Positions 1-11,112 of a stretch of 32,461 nt of DNA are shown here, in pieces (the first letter of the stretch is position 1; each line of letters starts with the position of its first letter). The translations under genes were made by a program, and so were the position numbers. The notes beneath the pieces were generated by a model. The model saw nothing but the letters and a program-made list of their open reading frames with translations. It ran no database searches and was not told the origin of the DNA. The DNA comes from Catajapyx aquilonaris (lineage: Eukaryota). The stretch is taken from positions 62,001-94,461 of the forward strand of contig KZ538240.1 in assembly GCA_000934665.2 (NCBI GenBank), given 5' to 3'.

Positions 1-330
1 CATATATTAATATTACAATATAATATCATAATGCATATATTAATATTACAATATAATATCATAATGCATATATTAATATTACAATATAATATCATAATAA
101 TTACAACATAAAATCATAATAATTATAATATAATTAGATTATAATGATTGGTATAATTTATTTTATTATTATATATTATTATAATTTATTATATTATTAT
201 AATTTATTATATTATTATAATTTATTATATTATTGTATTTATTGCAGTAATTTAATTACAATAAAATTATTATAAATAATAATGATAATTACGGTATAAA
301 ATAATAATGATAATAAAATAATTAAATTAT
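1..330. repeat. AT-rich minisatellites (33-bp unit, then ~18-bp unit)
   Basis: CATATATTAATATTACAATATAATATCATAATG recurs at 1, 34 and 67, followed by repeated ATTTATTATATTATTATA units. Confidence 0.9.
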
Positions 331-1864
331 AATAATTACCGGTATACGATAATTAATTATAATAATTACGATAACATCTAAATATGAAAAATAAAAATAC
401 TATTATTCCTAAATATGTATTAAAATTACCAGAAATTTTAGTATTTTAAATACATTAAAATGAAATTACGACTGCAATTTAAAAAATAAATTTTAAACAG
501 TCAAATGAAATGTGTCAGGAAATATAACTCTTAAAAATTAAACATTTACAAATTCGTTACAAAAAATAATACACAGGAAAATAAGTAACTGATATCATTT
601 TTACCATGTAATATTATGGGAATGTGACCTTTTAACCAATAAGACTGACTCCACCCCAGGCACTGTTGCCATCTCTACCTTAACCATACAAGGTTGCCAT
701 TTCAAAAAAATCTCCAAACAATCGATTTGGCTTCCCCCTATGTCCATCTTCTGATGGGGGGGGGGGGGGGAACCTGGCCATTAATTACGTCACCAGTCCA
801 TAGAGATAACTAGAGGAGCCCAGCTCATTACCAAATGAGGCCCCATCATATCAAAAAATAGCTCCACCCCACTAAAGAAAGCTAGTATCCGCCAGCTAAT
901 AACTGGAGACGGATGAAGTCAGCCCAATTGGTTGCTCTCATCCTGTAGCAATAAAACTAGGGGGGCGCCAACTGATACACCCATCGCACAATTATTGCCC
1001 CTCCACCCCCCACCTCCCCCAACTGTCAGAAGGCGCAGACGCCTCATAAATTACTTGACCTTGTTATTTGTTCCTTTCCCCTCCTCCATGTTGCTTCTAC
1101 TACTTCCACAGGGTGTGTCAACATGATTCCATATATCCAGTGAGCAGGCTGGAAGCTATTAAATGGGCATCAAATGGGTATGAAATATACTCGTAGATTC
1201 ATCAGTTTGATTTTGTGATTTTTTTATCTGGATAACTAATGAGCATAAACCAAATGCGATCGCTACATAAACGGACTGTCTGGTGACCCCCAAGTTGGCT
1301 CTCTCAGTATGGTGTACCTGGATATGAAACACCCTGTGTTTGGGCCCCTCCCAACGTGTTGGGTCCAGCTCTGCTTGGTCTCTTCGGGGGATTCGGAGAT
1401 GATTCACGCCCAAAGTGATTGGAATCCGCCAGGGAAATGGATGGGGGAGGGAGGGTCACAGGGTGGAACGTGCTTTCTTCTAGAATGGCTGGGGACATAT
1501 GTAAGACTGGTGGAGGGCAGGACGGGGGGGAATAGGGAAGGGGGGGGGGGAAAGAGAAATAGGCTTCCTGATGGAGAAAGAGGGAAGGTCAATTTGGAGG
1601 GGTGGGGAAAGAAAAAGAAATGCGTTTCGAGATAGCTTTTTTTTCTCCAAGGTGTGTTGCTAAAAGGCCTAGAAATTTTTTTGGGACAATATGGGACTGG
1701 ATATGGGCTAATATGTTATCGTAATAGCTGTCAGGGCCAGCACAAAAAATATAATAAATATGAAATAAATATGAGCTCAAATGAGCCTTTTAATTTGGAA
1801 GTTAGTTGCATTATAACAGCTATTTTTGGCAATACAATAATACCAGTTATTTTGGTACAGGAAA

Positions 1865-2200
1865 ATCGTAGCTACTTTTGTTTGTAGAATAATATCAGTT
1901 ACTTTTGTTTGTAGAATAATATCAGTTACTTTTGTGACAAATAATATCAGTTACCGGGTACCATACTTTTGTGACAAATAATATCAGCTACCGTTACTTT
2001 TTGTCAAATAATATCAGTTACTTTTTGTCAAATAATATGAGTTATTTTTTGGTAGTAGGCTACAGTAATATGTTACTTTTGGTAGTACAGTAAAATCAGT
2101 TACTTTTGGTAGTATAGTAGAATCAGTTACTTTTGGTAGCAAAATCAGTTACTTTTGTTTGTATATAAATGTTATTTTTGGTACAATAATGTTATTTTTA
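1865..2200. repeat. Degenerate minisatellite, ~22-30-bp unit
   Basis: More than 10 recurrences of AATAATATCAGTTACTTTT(G/T) and variants. Confidence 0.9.
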
Positions 2201-3020
2201 TAGACCAGGAGAAACCATCCTAATATTAGAAAAATTAAAACGTGGCTTCTGTTTGGATGAAGAATAACTGTTGGCAATTTCCCACTATTTACCTACCGGT
2301 ATGCCACATGACGCTAGCGGAGCAGCTATTTGTCTAGGTATAGTGCACTACAGTAACAGTAAAATTTCATTGGCAGTAACAATATAAGCTCCAATAATTT
2401 AGACTAAATAATAAGTATGAGACTCTCAGCGGAAGTTACGTTTCGTCAGGTTATATCATATCTGGTGACTTTAGGTAGAGAAAATAACCGTTACTGTAAT
2501 AGCGGCTATGCTTTAACGTAATTTGGTGGAAAATGGCGGAGAAGAATGGCCAGTGTGAGAAATAAAGCGATTCAGATTTTTAAGGCTTGTTATTAACGTA
2601 ATGTTAGTGATTACTATCACAAGTTATGCTAAAACTTCTCCAAATGATCGGGTGTTGACCCCCAGTTTTACCCTCCAACCTTGAGCCGAACTTTTGACCC
2701 CTTCCGATCTCAGGATGACCAACTCCGCCCTCTAGAGGCCACAAAAACTTACCTCTACACAGCAAAGCACAAGTTGTGCCGAATTAAATTATTCAGGCTG
2801 TCACGCTCTGGAACCACCGGTCCTGCTGTCCACCCCTTGGACAACAAGTGACAAGTTTTTTCGGAGTCACCAGCAGTGTGTACTGTATATGTGCACTTGC
2901 TGTGTGTGGGCGTTCATTTCGTATAAACCCGACCAGACCGAATTAGGCGAACTTTGTCAAAACCAATGCCAGACATTCCTGAAAATGAGTAGAGAAGTTT
3001 GAAAAATATGGCTGTCACGT

Positions 3021-3201
3021 AGTACCGCATTTCTCACATAGATGGCGCATACTCTCTCTGCACATTACTGCCACTCTCAGTGGTACTACATGCACCTATA
3101 AGTATTGATAGGTCACCAAAAAGCTATACAGATGACACTACCGGCTCTGATGACTCACCCTGGACAAGCAGAGGCACAGACTAAGCCAATTTTATAGTAG
3201 A
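3021..3201 (-). mobile_element. Dispersed repeat family copy 1, probable non-autonomous Helitron derivative
   Basis: Aligns by eye with 9854-9957 and 24537-24719 (AGTACC..TCACATAGATGG..GGTCA.C.AAAAGC..ATG.CTCAC). The minus strand begins A|TCTACTATAAAA..GTCTGTGCCTCTGCTTGTCC, a Helitron-like 5' end. No canonical 3' hairpin or CTRR found. Confidence 0.65.
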
Positions 3202-3352
3202 TGCGGTTTTTGGCCCCATTCTTCCTGCGATATTATCATATGACAAGCTGACATCGTGTTTCTTATGGATTACAAATCAAGCCGATCCTAGAGAGTCAAG
3301 GGATTTAGTTCCCACCCACCCCATCCACCACAAGACCTCAAACATGGCTGTT

Positions 3353-3393
3353 GAGAGAGAGAGGGGAGAGAGAGAGAGAGAGAGAGAGAGAGA
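3353..3393. repeat. (GA)n microsatellite
   Basis: Direct reading. Similar GA/TC tracts occur near 8365-8400, 16713-16734, 26240-26263 and 29791-29811. Confidence 0.95.
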
Positions 3394-3944
3394 AGCACTT
3401 TTTTATATTACAGTTTATGACCGGTTCTTGTCCGCGAGGCAGAAATGGCACTTTCTCCGTCCAAACAACATGGACCTGAGGGGGGCACAAAAACAGCTTA
3501 AAAAACTCCCACAAGGAGGAAAAATAAGGACAGAAAAAGAAACAAGTTTTGTGTGCTATAGCTGTTATATTATAGGTGGAAAAAACATTCCATCGGCTTC
3601 TTATATTGGTGGCTGACCTATATCGGATATAGTTGGATTCGCGGAAAACCATGGCGCAGTCAATCCTCCCTCCCTCCCTCCCAATTTTATTAGGCAAAAT
3701 TATATGGCAACTTCTGGATGCCATAGCACTCTTTTACAGCACTTGTCAACCTGGATATTAGTGACCATTATTAGGTATGAACAGTGGTTCAGAATGTTTA
3801 TTTTATTCGTGTAGCTAAATTTCCCACGTATCATTTCGTCATTTTGTATATTATGTACTGTATATTATCTACGGTATTGTGTTACGGTATAGCCTATTAT
3901 AACCACTGTAGGCCTAAAATGTAATTATTTCATTATGTAACTAA

Positions 3945-4310
3945 TATTATAACTGTTACATATTGCATATTATAACTGTTACATATTACATATTATAACT
4001 GTTACATATTACATATTATAACTGTTACATATTACATATTATAACTGTTACATATTACATATTATAACTGCTATATTACATAACTGGTATATTACATAAC
4101 GGTTACATTACGTAACAGTTACATTACGTAACTGTTATCTTACATAACTGTTATCTTACATAACTGTTATCCTACATAACTGTTATCTTACATAACTGTT
4201 ACATTACGTAACTGTTACATTGCGTAACTTTTACATTACGTAACTGTTACATTACGTAACTGTTACATTACATAACTGTTATATTACATAACTGTTATAT
4301 TACATAACTT
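3945..4310. repeat. Minisatellite, 23-bp unit grading into a 16-bp unit
   Basis: ATATTATAACTGTTACATATTAC about 5 times, then TAACTGTTACATTAC(A/G) about 14 times. Confidence 0.95.
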
Positions 4311-4519
4311 ATATTTCATGTTGGCCTCAGTTCCTACACAATAATAAAAAGTTGTAATGTAGGTATGTAGCATAAGTTGTAATCTAATAGTTACAATGTG
4401 ATATAATCTAACAGTTATAACTATTATAGCATAGCTATTATGCGACATCTTATATAAGGCAAAGATTGTATGTCCCATTTCCCCTCCCCTCTACCGCCCC
4501 TGTACCTCAACCACCCTAT

Positions 4520-4597
4520 TCGGCCATAGCAACAGGTGTCCATGGCAACTGGTAACCATAGCAACGGGTAACCATAGAAACTGGTAACCATAGCAAC
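4520..4597. promoter_or_regulatory. Tandem 16-bp repeat whose unit is an RFX X-box-like motif (x5)
   Basis: GTAACCATAGCAAC (4552-4565, 4584-4597) and GTAACCATAGAAAC (4568-4581) fit the X-box consensus GTHNYYATRRNAAC. GTGTCCATGGCAAC (4536-4549) has one mismatch, and there is a half-site at 4524-4533. The repeat is certain; function is inferred. Confidence 0.5.
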
Positions 4598-5324
4598 TTC
4601 TACCATTTTTCAGTATGTTAATTCTTCAATTCCCTTGCGTAGAACGGGTATTCTGCCAGTTATCTTATAACTATTATACAGTATTATGTTTGTAGGCCTA
4701 TGAATGTTTGGAATAGGCCTACATACTGTACTATGTGGGCTTATTCGTCCAGAATAAAATAAATACTCTAGGACTTGGTGGTTCTCTGGTGCGAGCCAGT
4801 AATGGCGGGGGGAGGGAAAAAGAAAAGATTCTCTCTCGGAAATGAGCAGATATCCAGCAAGGAGGGGGTCGCCTTGGAAACCGGAGAGCAAATGAGGGTG
4901 GAGGGGGAGGGAGGAAGGAAGAGAGAGGGAGGGGGGGGGTAGGGAGGAAGGACACTAGTTACTTTGATTATGGGGAGTGTCACCGGAGGGGCCATGGTTT
5001 GCTTCGCGGTCTGTCGCCCACTTCCTTCCCATTAAGAAAACGACAAGTGTCTGCTCCTGGAGAGTGTGTTTCTCTGGACAGGTGGATGGAGTCAAGACAC
5101 TGGACAGAGAAGTCGTTGGATAAGTCCGGAATAGTTGCTTCCAGAAGTTAGACATGACCTGTCGGAGCTATTGCCATCGAAAATGTCAATGTATAGAATA
5201 TTGACCTTTGCATACAGCCAGTTGCAACCGCTCTGGACAATCGCTGAAATGAAGCTCAAATTAGCCTCCAAGAGAAGAGAGCTCTTCTCCCTCTTCCTCA
5301 CGACTCATGGAGGCTAATATCAGC

Positions 5325-6200
5325 TCTGGTCTTACCCTACTTACGTACCTTAAGGTCTTACTTAAGGTCTTTCTTACGGTCTTACTACTTCCGGCCTTAC
5401 CACTTCCGGTCTTATTACATAGTCTTATTACCTACTTGAGGTCTTACTATAGTAATAGTAACCAACCAATCTTCAAGTAAGTTATAAAAGGGAGGCATGG
5501 TGGTCTAGCGGTTAAGCCTCTGGCCAGCCAAGCGGGAGGCCTGGGTTCAAATCCCGTCCCCGTCACCTCTGCTTGGCCGGGTCTTTTTCCGCTTTTCACC
5601 CGACATTCCGGAGCAGAATTACACTCCCTTCTCTGCTCGGGGCCAGGAGAAAAGGTCTGGTGTTTAAGAGGGTCTGCAATGACTAGAAACTACATGAGAG
5701 CGCCCTCCCTTGGGAAACTCCCCTTCCTCATACGCCCGTGGACCAGGGCCTTGCGACAAAACTGTATGTAAAATTGCAAAATAAATAAAGGGCCGTGTAA
5801 TACCTCGAAAGAGGTCCGCACTACCCCATTATTTAAAAAAAGTAAGTTATAAGACCGTAAGTATACTTACGGTCTTATAACTTACTTGAGGATTGGTCTT
5901 ACTTAGGGTCTTATGGTCTTACCGAAAGTCTCATGGTCTTACTTATAGTCTTACTATGTAGTCTTATAGCTTACTTGAGGATTGGTCTTACTTAGGGTCT
6001 TATGGTCTTACCGAAAGTCTTATGGTCTTACCGAAAGTCTCATGGTCTTACTTATAGTCTTACTACGTAGTCTTATAACTTACTTGAGGATTGGTCTTAC
6101 TTAGGGTCTTATGGTCTTACCGAAAGTCTCATGGTCTTACCGAAAGTCTCATGGTCTTACTTATAGTCTTACTTAAGGTCTTATCATCTTACTACTTAAG
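5325..6200. repeat. GGTCTTAC-based satellite with ~90-100-bp higher-order units, interrupted by a SINE
   Basis: Dozens of (G)GTCTTA(C) cores. The block CTTACTTGAGGATTGGTCTTACTTAGGGTCTTATGGTCTTACCGAAAGTC recurs at about 5881, 5970 and 6079. Confidence 0.95.
5488..5839 (+). mobile_element. Full-length tRNA-derived SINE (head resembles tRNA-Gly GCC)
   Basis: A box TGGTCTAGCGG (5501-5511) and B box GGTTCAAATCC. CTGGCCAGCCAAGCGGGAGGCCTGGGTTCAAATCCCG closely parallels eukaryotic tRNA-Gly(GCC). It has a 3' stem-loop ACCTC-GAAA-GAGGT, a short A tail, and a perfect 13-bp TSD AAGTAAGTTATAA (5475-5487, 5840-5852). Confidence 0.92.
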
Positions 6201-6933
6201 TGACTGTACAGTCGAGGAAAGGAGTATTACAGGGAGTAAGACCTGAAATGTATTGGGCTTCATAAGAGGCGATCTTCTCTCATCACGACCCGTCAGGTAC
6301 AGGTTAATTTGAGCTTCAGGTCTGCTCTCCTACACAATTCCCCGCCTATATAGGCTCAAGTAACTGATATTTTTGAACGCATGATTTGGTTAAAATCACA
6401 TACACGCACATTTTTCAATCACTCTTGGACCACACCCCATACTGCGTTTAATATTTGATCGAGCATATGACGACCTTTACTGCACAAAAAAAAAAAAAAA
6501 ATGCGTTGAAACCAGGAACGGACGCCATGTACCCACGGTTCGAATTCGGGATAATTTCAGGTCCGGTTTTCATTTAGAGCAGATTTGACATTTATTATTG
6601 AAAACTACCAGTGAAAACGAGATGGGTCATTTAGACCCCCCGCCTCTCTGCTCCCCCCTCACCCCTCGCAATTTTTTGTTTTATATTCGTGGGCCCCCAA
6701 ACCCTGTTCCTGCAAATGAACAACACATTCGTATATATGCAGAATTTTAATTTTCCAGCTGCATTGTCCGTGTAATGACACGCGCTCGTAGGTTTGTCAC
6801 CGGATGGTGATTAAATTTCCACAGCTTGATGCCGAAAAAGCGACCTGAGCTCTGGTTGGTCTGGCCATCCCCCCCCTCCCCCCATCCCCAACAATTGCTG
6901 GTGCGTTGCTATCAATTCTTCAGAGACTTACAT

Positions 6934-6961
6934 GGGGGGGGGGGNNGGGGGGGGGGGGGGG
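6934..6961. other. Poly-G tract containing two undetermined bases (NN at 6945-6946)
   Basis: Direct reading. Probable assembly join or ambiguity, so the true tract length is unknown. Confidence 0.9.
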
Positions 6962-7352
6962 CTTGGCAATCTCTCTTTTGAAGAGAATCTGTTTTAATGA
7001 GTGTGTCAGGCTGCTATTGCAGGCCTGATAACTCATTCCGGAGCAAACAGGTTGGCTTCATGCAAGGCTCAGCGATTTGCCAATAGTTGGCCTTGAAAGT
7101 GGGGGTCGGATATACGCGTCGGATCTAATCGAGTTTTGGATTTGGTTGGGTTGTTTGCAAAGAAAACAAAATTTCTAGCAATAGTCGTTCGGAAAGAAGC
7201 AGTTATTTTTCCTCAAAAGCATGGGAGATATTGTGTTTCATGTGAAATTAAATGAATACGGTACAGTATATTAAAAATGCACATAAATATATTTTATAAT
7301 ATAGACACAAAATAATTAGTAGTTCAAAATGCGTAAATAGCTCATATATATA

Positions 7353-7560
7353 CAGGGTGATCCAACATCAAGTGTCGTTTTATAACGGCTATTAATAGAA
7401 GGGCTTTACGATTGACGTAGCAGCGACGTGTAAAATTGCCCACTTCGATGGCGCCGAAGATGCGCCGAAGTGGGACATTTTACGCGTCGCTGCTACGTCA
7501 TCGCAAAATCACTGCTATTAATCGCCGTTATAAAACGACACTTGATGTTGTACCACCCTG
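7353..7560. mobile_element. Tc1/mariner-type fold-back MITE (208 bp)
   Basis: TA|CAGGGTGATCCAACATCAAGTGTCGTTTT ... AAAACGACACTTGATGTTGTACCACCCTG|TA. The arms pair over about 95 bp, with a TA duplication. Confidence 0.9.
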
Positions 7561-8833
7561 TATTGCATTGAAATAAACAACAAATTCAAGAAGTAAATTA
7601 GTCGCAACCAATAACCAATAATAGTAAACCAATAATATGAGAATAATAAGCAATGATAACAAATAATGGTAAAAAAGTAAACCAATAAATAATAACCAAT
7701 AATGGCAAAAAAATTAATCAATAAAAATTAAAATAATGCTATATTTAAATTACACAAATTAACGGAATAAACAAATTGCTTGAAATACTGTTAGCAAATA
7801 AATTGCTTAAAATAAATGAAAATGGCGCGAAGAAATAAATTAATTGCATTCTCTAATTGCACAATAATGTTCACAAATAAATACATATATTAATAAATAA
7901 CTCTTTATCGTTATAAAAGGCAAAGTTTGTTTGTTTGCTGGTCCTGGTTTTGGTGCTATGGCAACCGGTTCGTAAATGCACGATATTAATTTGACGTGCG
8001 AAGAACGGGTTCTTCGCGCTGGCAAACAAACAAACAAACAATAAATAAATAATAAACAAGCAAACAAACACACGTCCTCCTAGTTAAAATATAGCTGACA
8101 CAAATGGGACTGGACTACCCCTGGCCACAATCTAAATTGACCAGCCATCCTAAAATCCCGTCGCTAATTCCACTCTCCGCCATCTTGTTGACCTTGAACT
8201 AAGCCCCCGGACCTACGCGTCGGATCTCCCCTGCTGAAACCGGATATTTGACAAAGCAGGGGTCTCGGTTAAGAGACCTGGCTTGGGAAAGAAGGACTTT
8301 AAAAAAAAAAAAAACGGGGGATGGGAGAAAGGAGAAAAGCGAACACACACACACAAAAAAAAGCGAGAGCGAGAGCGAGAGAGAGGAGAGTCAGAGAGAG
8401 TGATCCGTCCCTTGTTGACTCTGTTCCCAAAGTGGAGGATTTCCTGGTGGCGTGGCCTCCCCCCTGCCGAGCTGAAGGCGTGTTGATCCGCAGTTCAGGC
8501 GGCGGTTACTCCCAAGCCAACCCGCCATTTAGATGGCCCCAGGCCTTTTTCGGACTTATACCACACCCTATACCACCAGGCTATGGGCTTTAGAAACACA
8601 CACACATACACACACAGAGAGAGAACTTTGTTTGTTTTTTACCTGCACGAGAACAACGACAATACCCGGAACAAATGTACAAGTTGCTGCTCATGTACCA
8701 TACGTACTTGTAAGTAGAGTTAAATGCACAGAGGATATGACCTCATAGATGTTTCTTGTTAATTTTGTTTCTTATGAATCGGCTATTCTTTGATTTCATT
8801 TTGAATTCATTCATTCATTCATTTATTTACTCG

Positions 8834-9000
8834 TTCACTCTATTATTTATTAATTTTATCATTCACTCTATTATTTATTAATTTTATCATGCACTCTATT
8901 ATTTATTAATTTTATCATTCACTCAATTATTTATTAATTTTATCAATCACTCTATTATTTATTAATTTTATCAATCACTCTATTATTTATTAATTTTATC
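8834..9000. repeat. 28-bp minisatellite x6
   Basis: TTCACTCTATTATTTATTAATTTTATCA repeated at a 28-bp period. Confidence 0.95.
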
Positions 9001-9853
9001 ATTGATTTATTGTTGTTATTTATTATTAATTAATTACTTAATGGCTAAAATAATAAAGTGGCGTACTGCATTCATCTCTTTGTTGATTTATCATTGTACT
9101 TAATTACTTATACTTATTGATGGTTTATATTATTTATCTCTTATTATTTTATCCATACTTTTATTTTTCTAATAGTATATACATTTATTTAATTTTATTC
9201 ACTAATTCGTTCATATGCCCAAACATTTATTTGCATAAAATTCAGTCGTTCGTTCGTTCGTTTACATTTACGTGTATTAAATTTAGCACTATACATAATA
9301 TATTATACAGGGTGACACTGCGTCGCCATTTCTCATCCTTTGTCTTCCGGGGTCAGAGAACCGCGACTTTTAAAAATTAACCGCTATTCAGCTGGAATGC
9401 TGGCCCAAGTCGACCCTGTGTGATTCAGAGTTCCGTTTGTGACAACAATGACAACAATCGAAGCCGCTTCATGACAAAGCTAGAAGACCCCCGTTCGTTT
9501 TGTTTTGGGAGGGGGGTCAGGAATGTGGTGCCCGGCTACCACTGACAAAATAAACATATATCTGTGCTTTGGGAGGAATGCATAAGGTCTCTTTTCCCTC
9601 AGCAGACTCTAAGTTTTATGTTGGTGGGAGTTGGGCCAAAAGGGAGTCTGTGCCAATGTGGACGTCAGCGACATGTCTCTGCGTTACGGGAAAAGCAAAA
9701 TGCAACAACTCTGCCTGGATGAACAGAACGATTGTCGCACGAGTGTCGCAGCCATGCACTATATACTTACATGGAGACCGGATTTTGGCGGTGATCCGGA
9801 TTAATATACAAAAACTTTGATGCATATCCAGAAAATCTATCCGGGAACTTGGA

Positions 9854-9957
9854 AGTACCATACTCCTCACATAGATGGCGCACCTAGCAGTACTGGTGCG
9901 GTCACCCAAAAGCCATGACTCACACCGGACAAACAGAGGCGCAGACTGTATATATGA
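9854..9957 (-). mobile_element. Dispersed repeat family copy 2 (internally deleted), Helitron-like 5' end
   Basis: Shares TCACATAGATGGCGCA, GGTGCGGTCACCCAAAAGCCA and GGACAAACAGAGGCGCAGACT with copies 1 and 3. The minus strand begins A|TCATATATACAGTCTG. Confidence 0.6.
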
Positions 9958-10541
9958 TGCACGTGGATGGTAGTAAAATGGATGTATAGGATGGGGAGGA
10001 AAATCCTCCTCCTTTTCCTCCCACAACATTTGTCTCCATTTGTTGGACTGAACCAAGCTTGCGTATGCTTCGTTTTCATTGGCTATTCCAAGCATGGCCC
10101 TCAAGACAGGGAAATGGGCTGGATACGACGATTGGGCAGCTATGGGCTTCCGGAAAGACAATCTCTTGCATGCGGAAGATGGTTTCAGAAAAGAAGGTGG
10201 ATAATGCTTCCCCTCCTCCATACTGTAATGTAACATATTACTTTGTATATCCTTCCCACTTTTTTGCGGAAGAAAAATGATGATCATAAGGGTGGTAAAA
10301 AGTGAGGGAAATGTCTTTTCATCGCTCCAAAATGGCTGTGTGGGAAAAAAGACGGCCATTGTCGTTTATCCTGTGTGGTTTACACGGGGATTGGAACCAG
10401 GGTTTTTGACACATTTGGGCTCGATGGGATGGGAGATATTTTGTGACAATATTTATTTTATTTCTTTTACGTATAAATACATTTGTATTTATGAGCTAAA
10501 TACATTTATTATATTATCATACCGCAGGTTACTTATTTAAT

Positions 10542-10707
10542 GTTTGAATAATTTTATTCAGTTCATATTTGAATAATTTTATTCAGTTCATATTTGAATA
10601 ATTTTATTCAGTTCATATTTGAATAATTTTATTCAGTTCATATTTGAATGATTTTATTCAGTTCATATTTGAATAATTTTATTCAGTTCATATTTGAATG
10701 ATTTTAT
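10542..10707. repeat. 25-bp minisatellite x6-7
   Basis: TTTGAATAATTTTATTCAGTTCATA units, almost identical. Confidence 0.95.
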
Positions 10708-11030
10708 TTATTTAATTTTCGAATAATATTGTATTTAATTATTAATATTTATATTATTTGTTTGATATTTGTATTGTGCCATTTATTTTTATATTTTATA
10801 TTATTTCATTGTGTAATATTATAAATTTAAATAATTTGACTCGAATAGTATATTACCCATATTATGTTTTCATCATATAAGCATTTCATTCAATTTATTC
10901 AATTTAAATAATATATTATTCGTATTAATTATTTATATTTATAGACATTTTATTCATTCATTTGCATATTTCATTTATGTATTATTTGTATATATTTTAT
11001 TTTGCCATGTAATTTAAATTAACCCAACCA

Positions 11031-11112
11031 AAGCAGTATCTGAAGCATGCGGTGGAAGTGTCGTAGGCTATGGTATGTAGGCCTACTATTTTAATGGCAA
11101 TTATCTCGGTAA
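11031..11112. mobile_element. Degraded fragment related to the MITE at 18392-18789
   Basis: AAGCAGTATCTGAA and GGAAGTGTCGTA are reverse complements of TTCAGATACTGCTT and TACGACACTTCC (about 18538-18562). ATTATCTCGGTAA also occurs in that MITE's arm. Confidence 0.5.

Noticed and set aside
3145..3185. Hammerhead ribozyme at CTGATGA
   Set aside because: No downstream stem II plus GAAA core, and the motif is not conserved in the other two family copies.
5490..5566. Functional tRNA-Gly gene
   Set aside because: The acceptor and anticodon stems are degraded, and it continues into a body, tail and TSD typical of a SINE.
6537..6547. B-box-like GGTTCGAATTC
   Set aside because: No A box or cloverleaf upstream; an isolated match.
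9616..10359. Longest ORF (247 aa, minus strand)
   Set aside because: No recognisable domain, it runs through a repeat copy (9854-9957), and overlapping ORFs on both strands look equally random.
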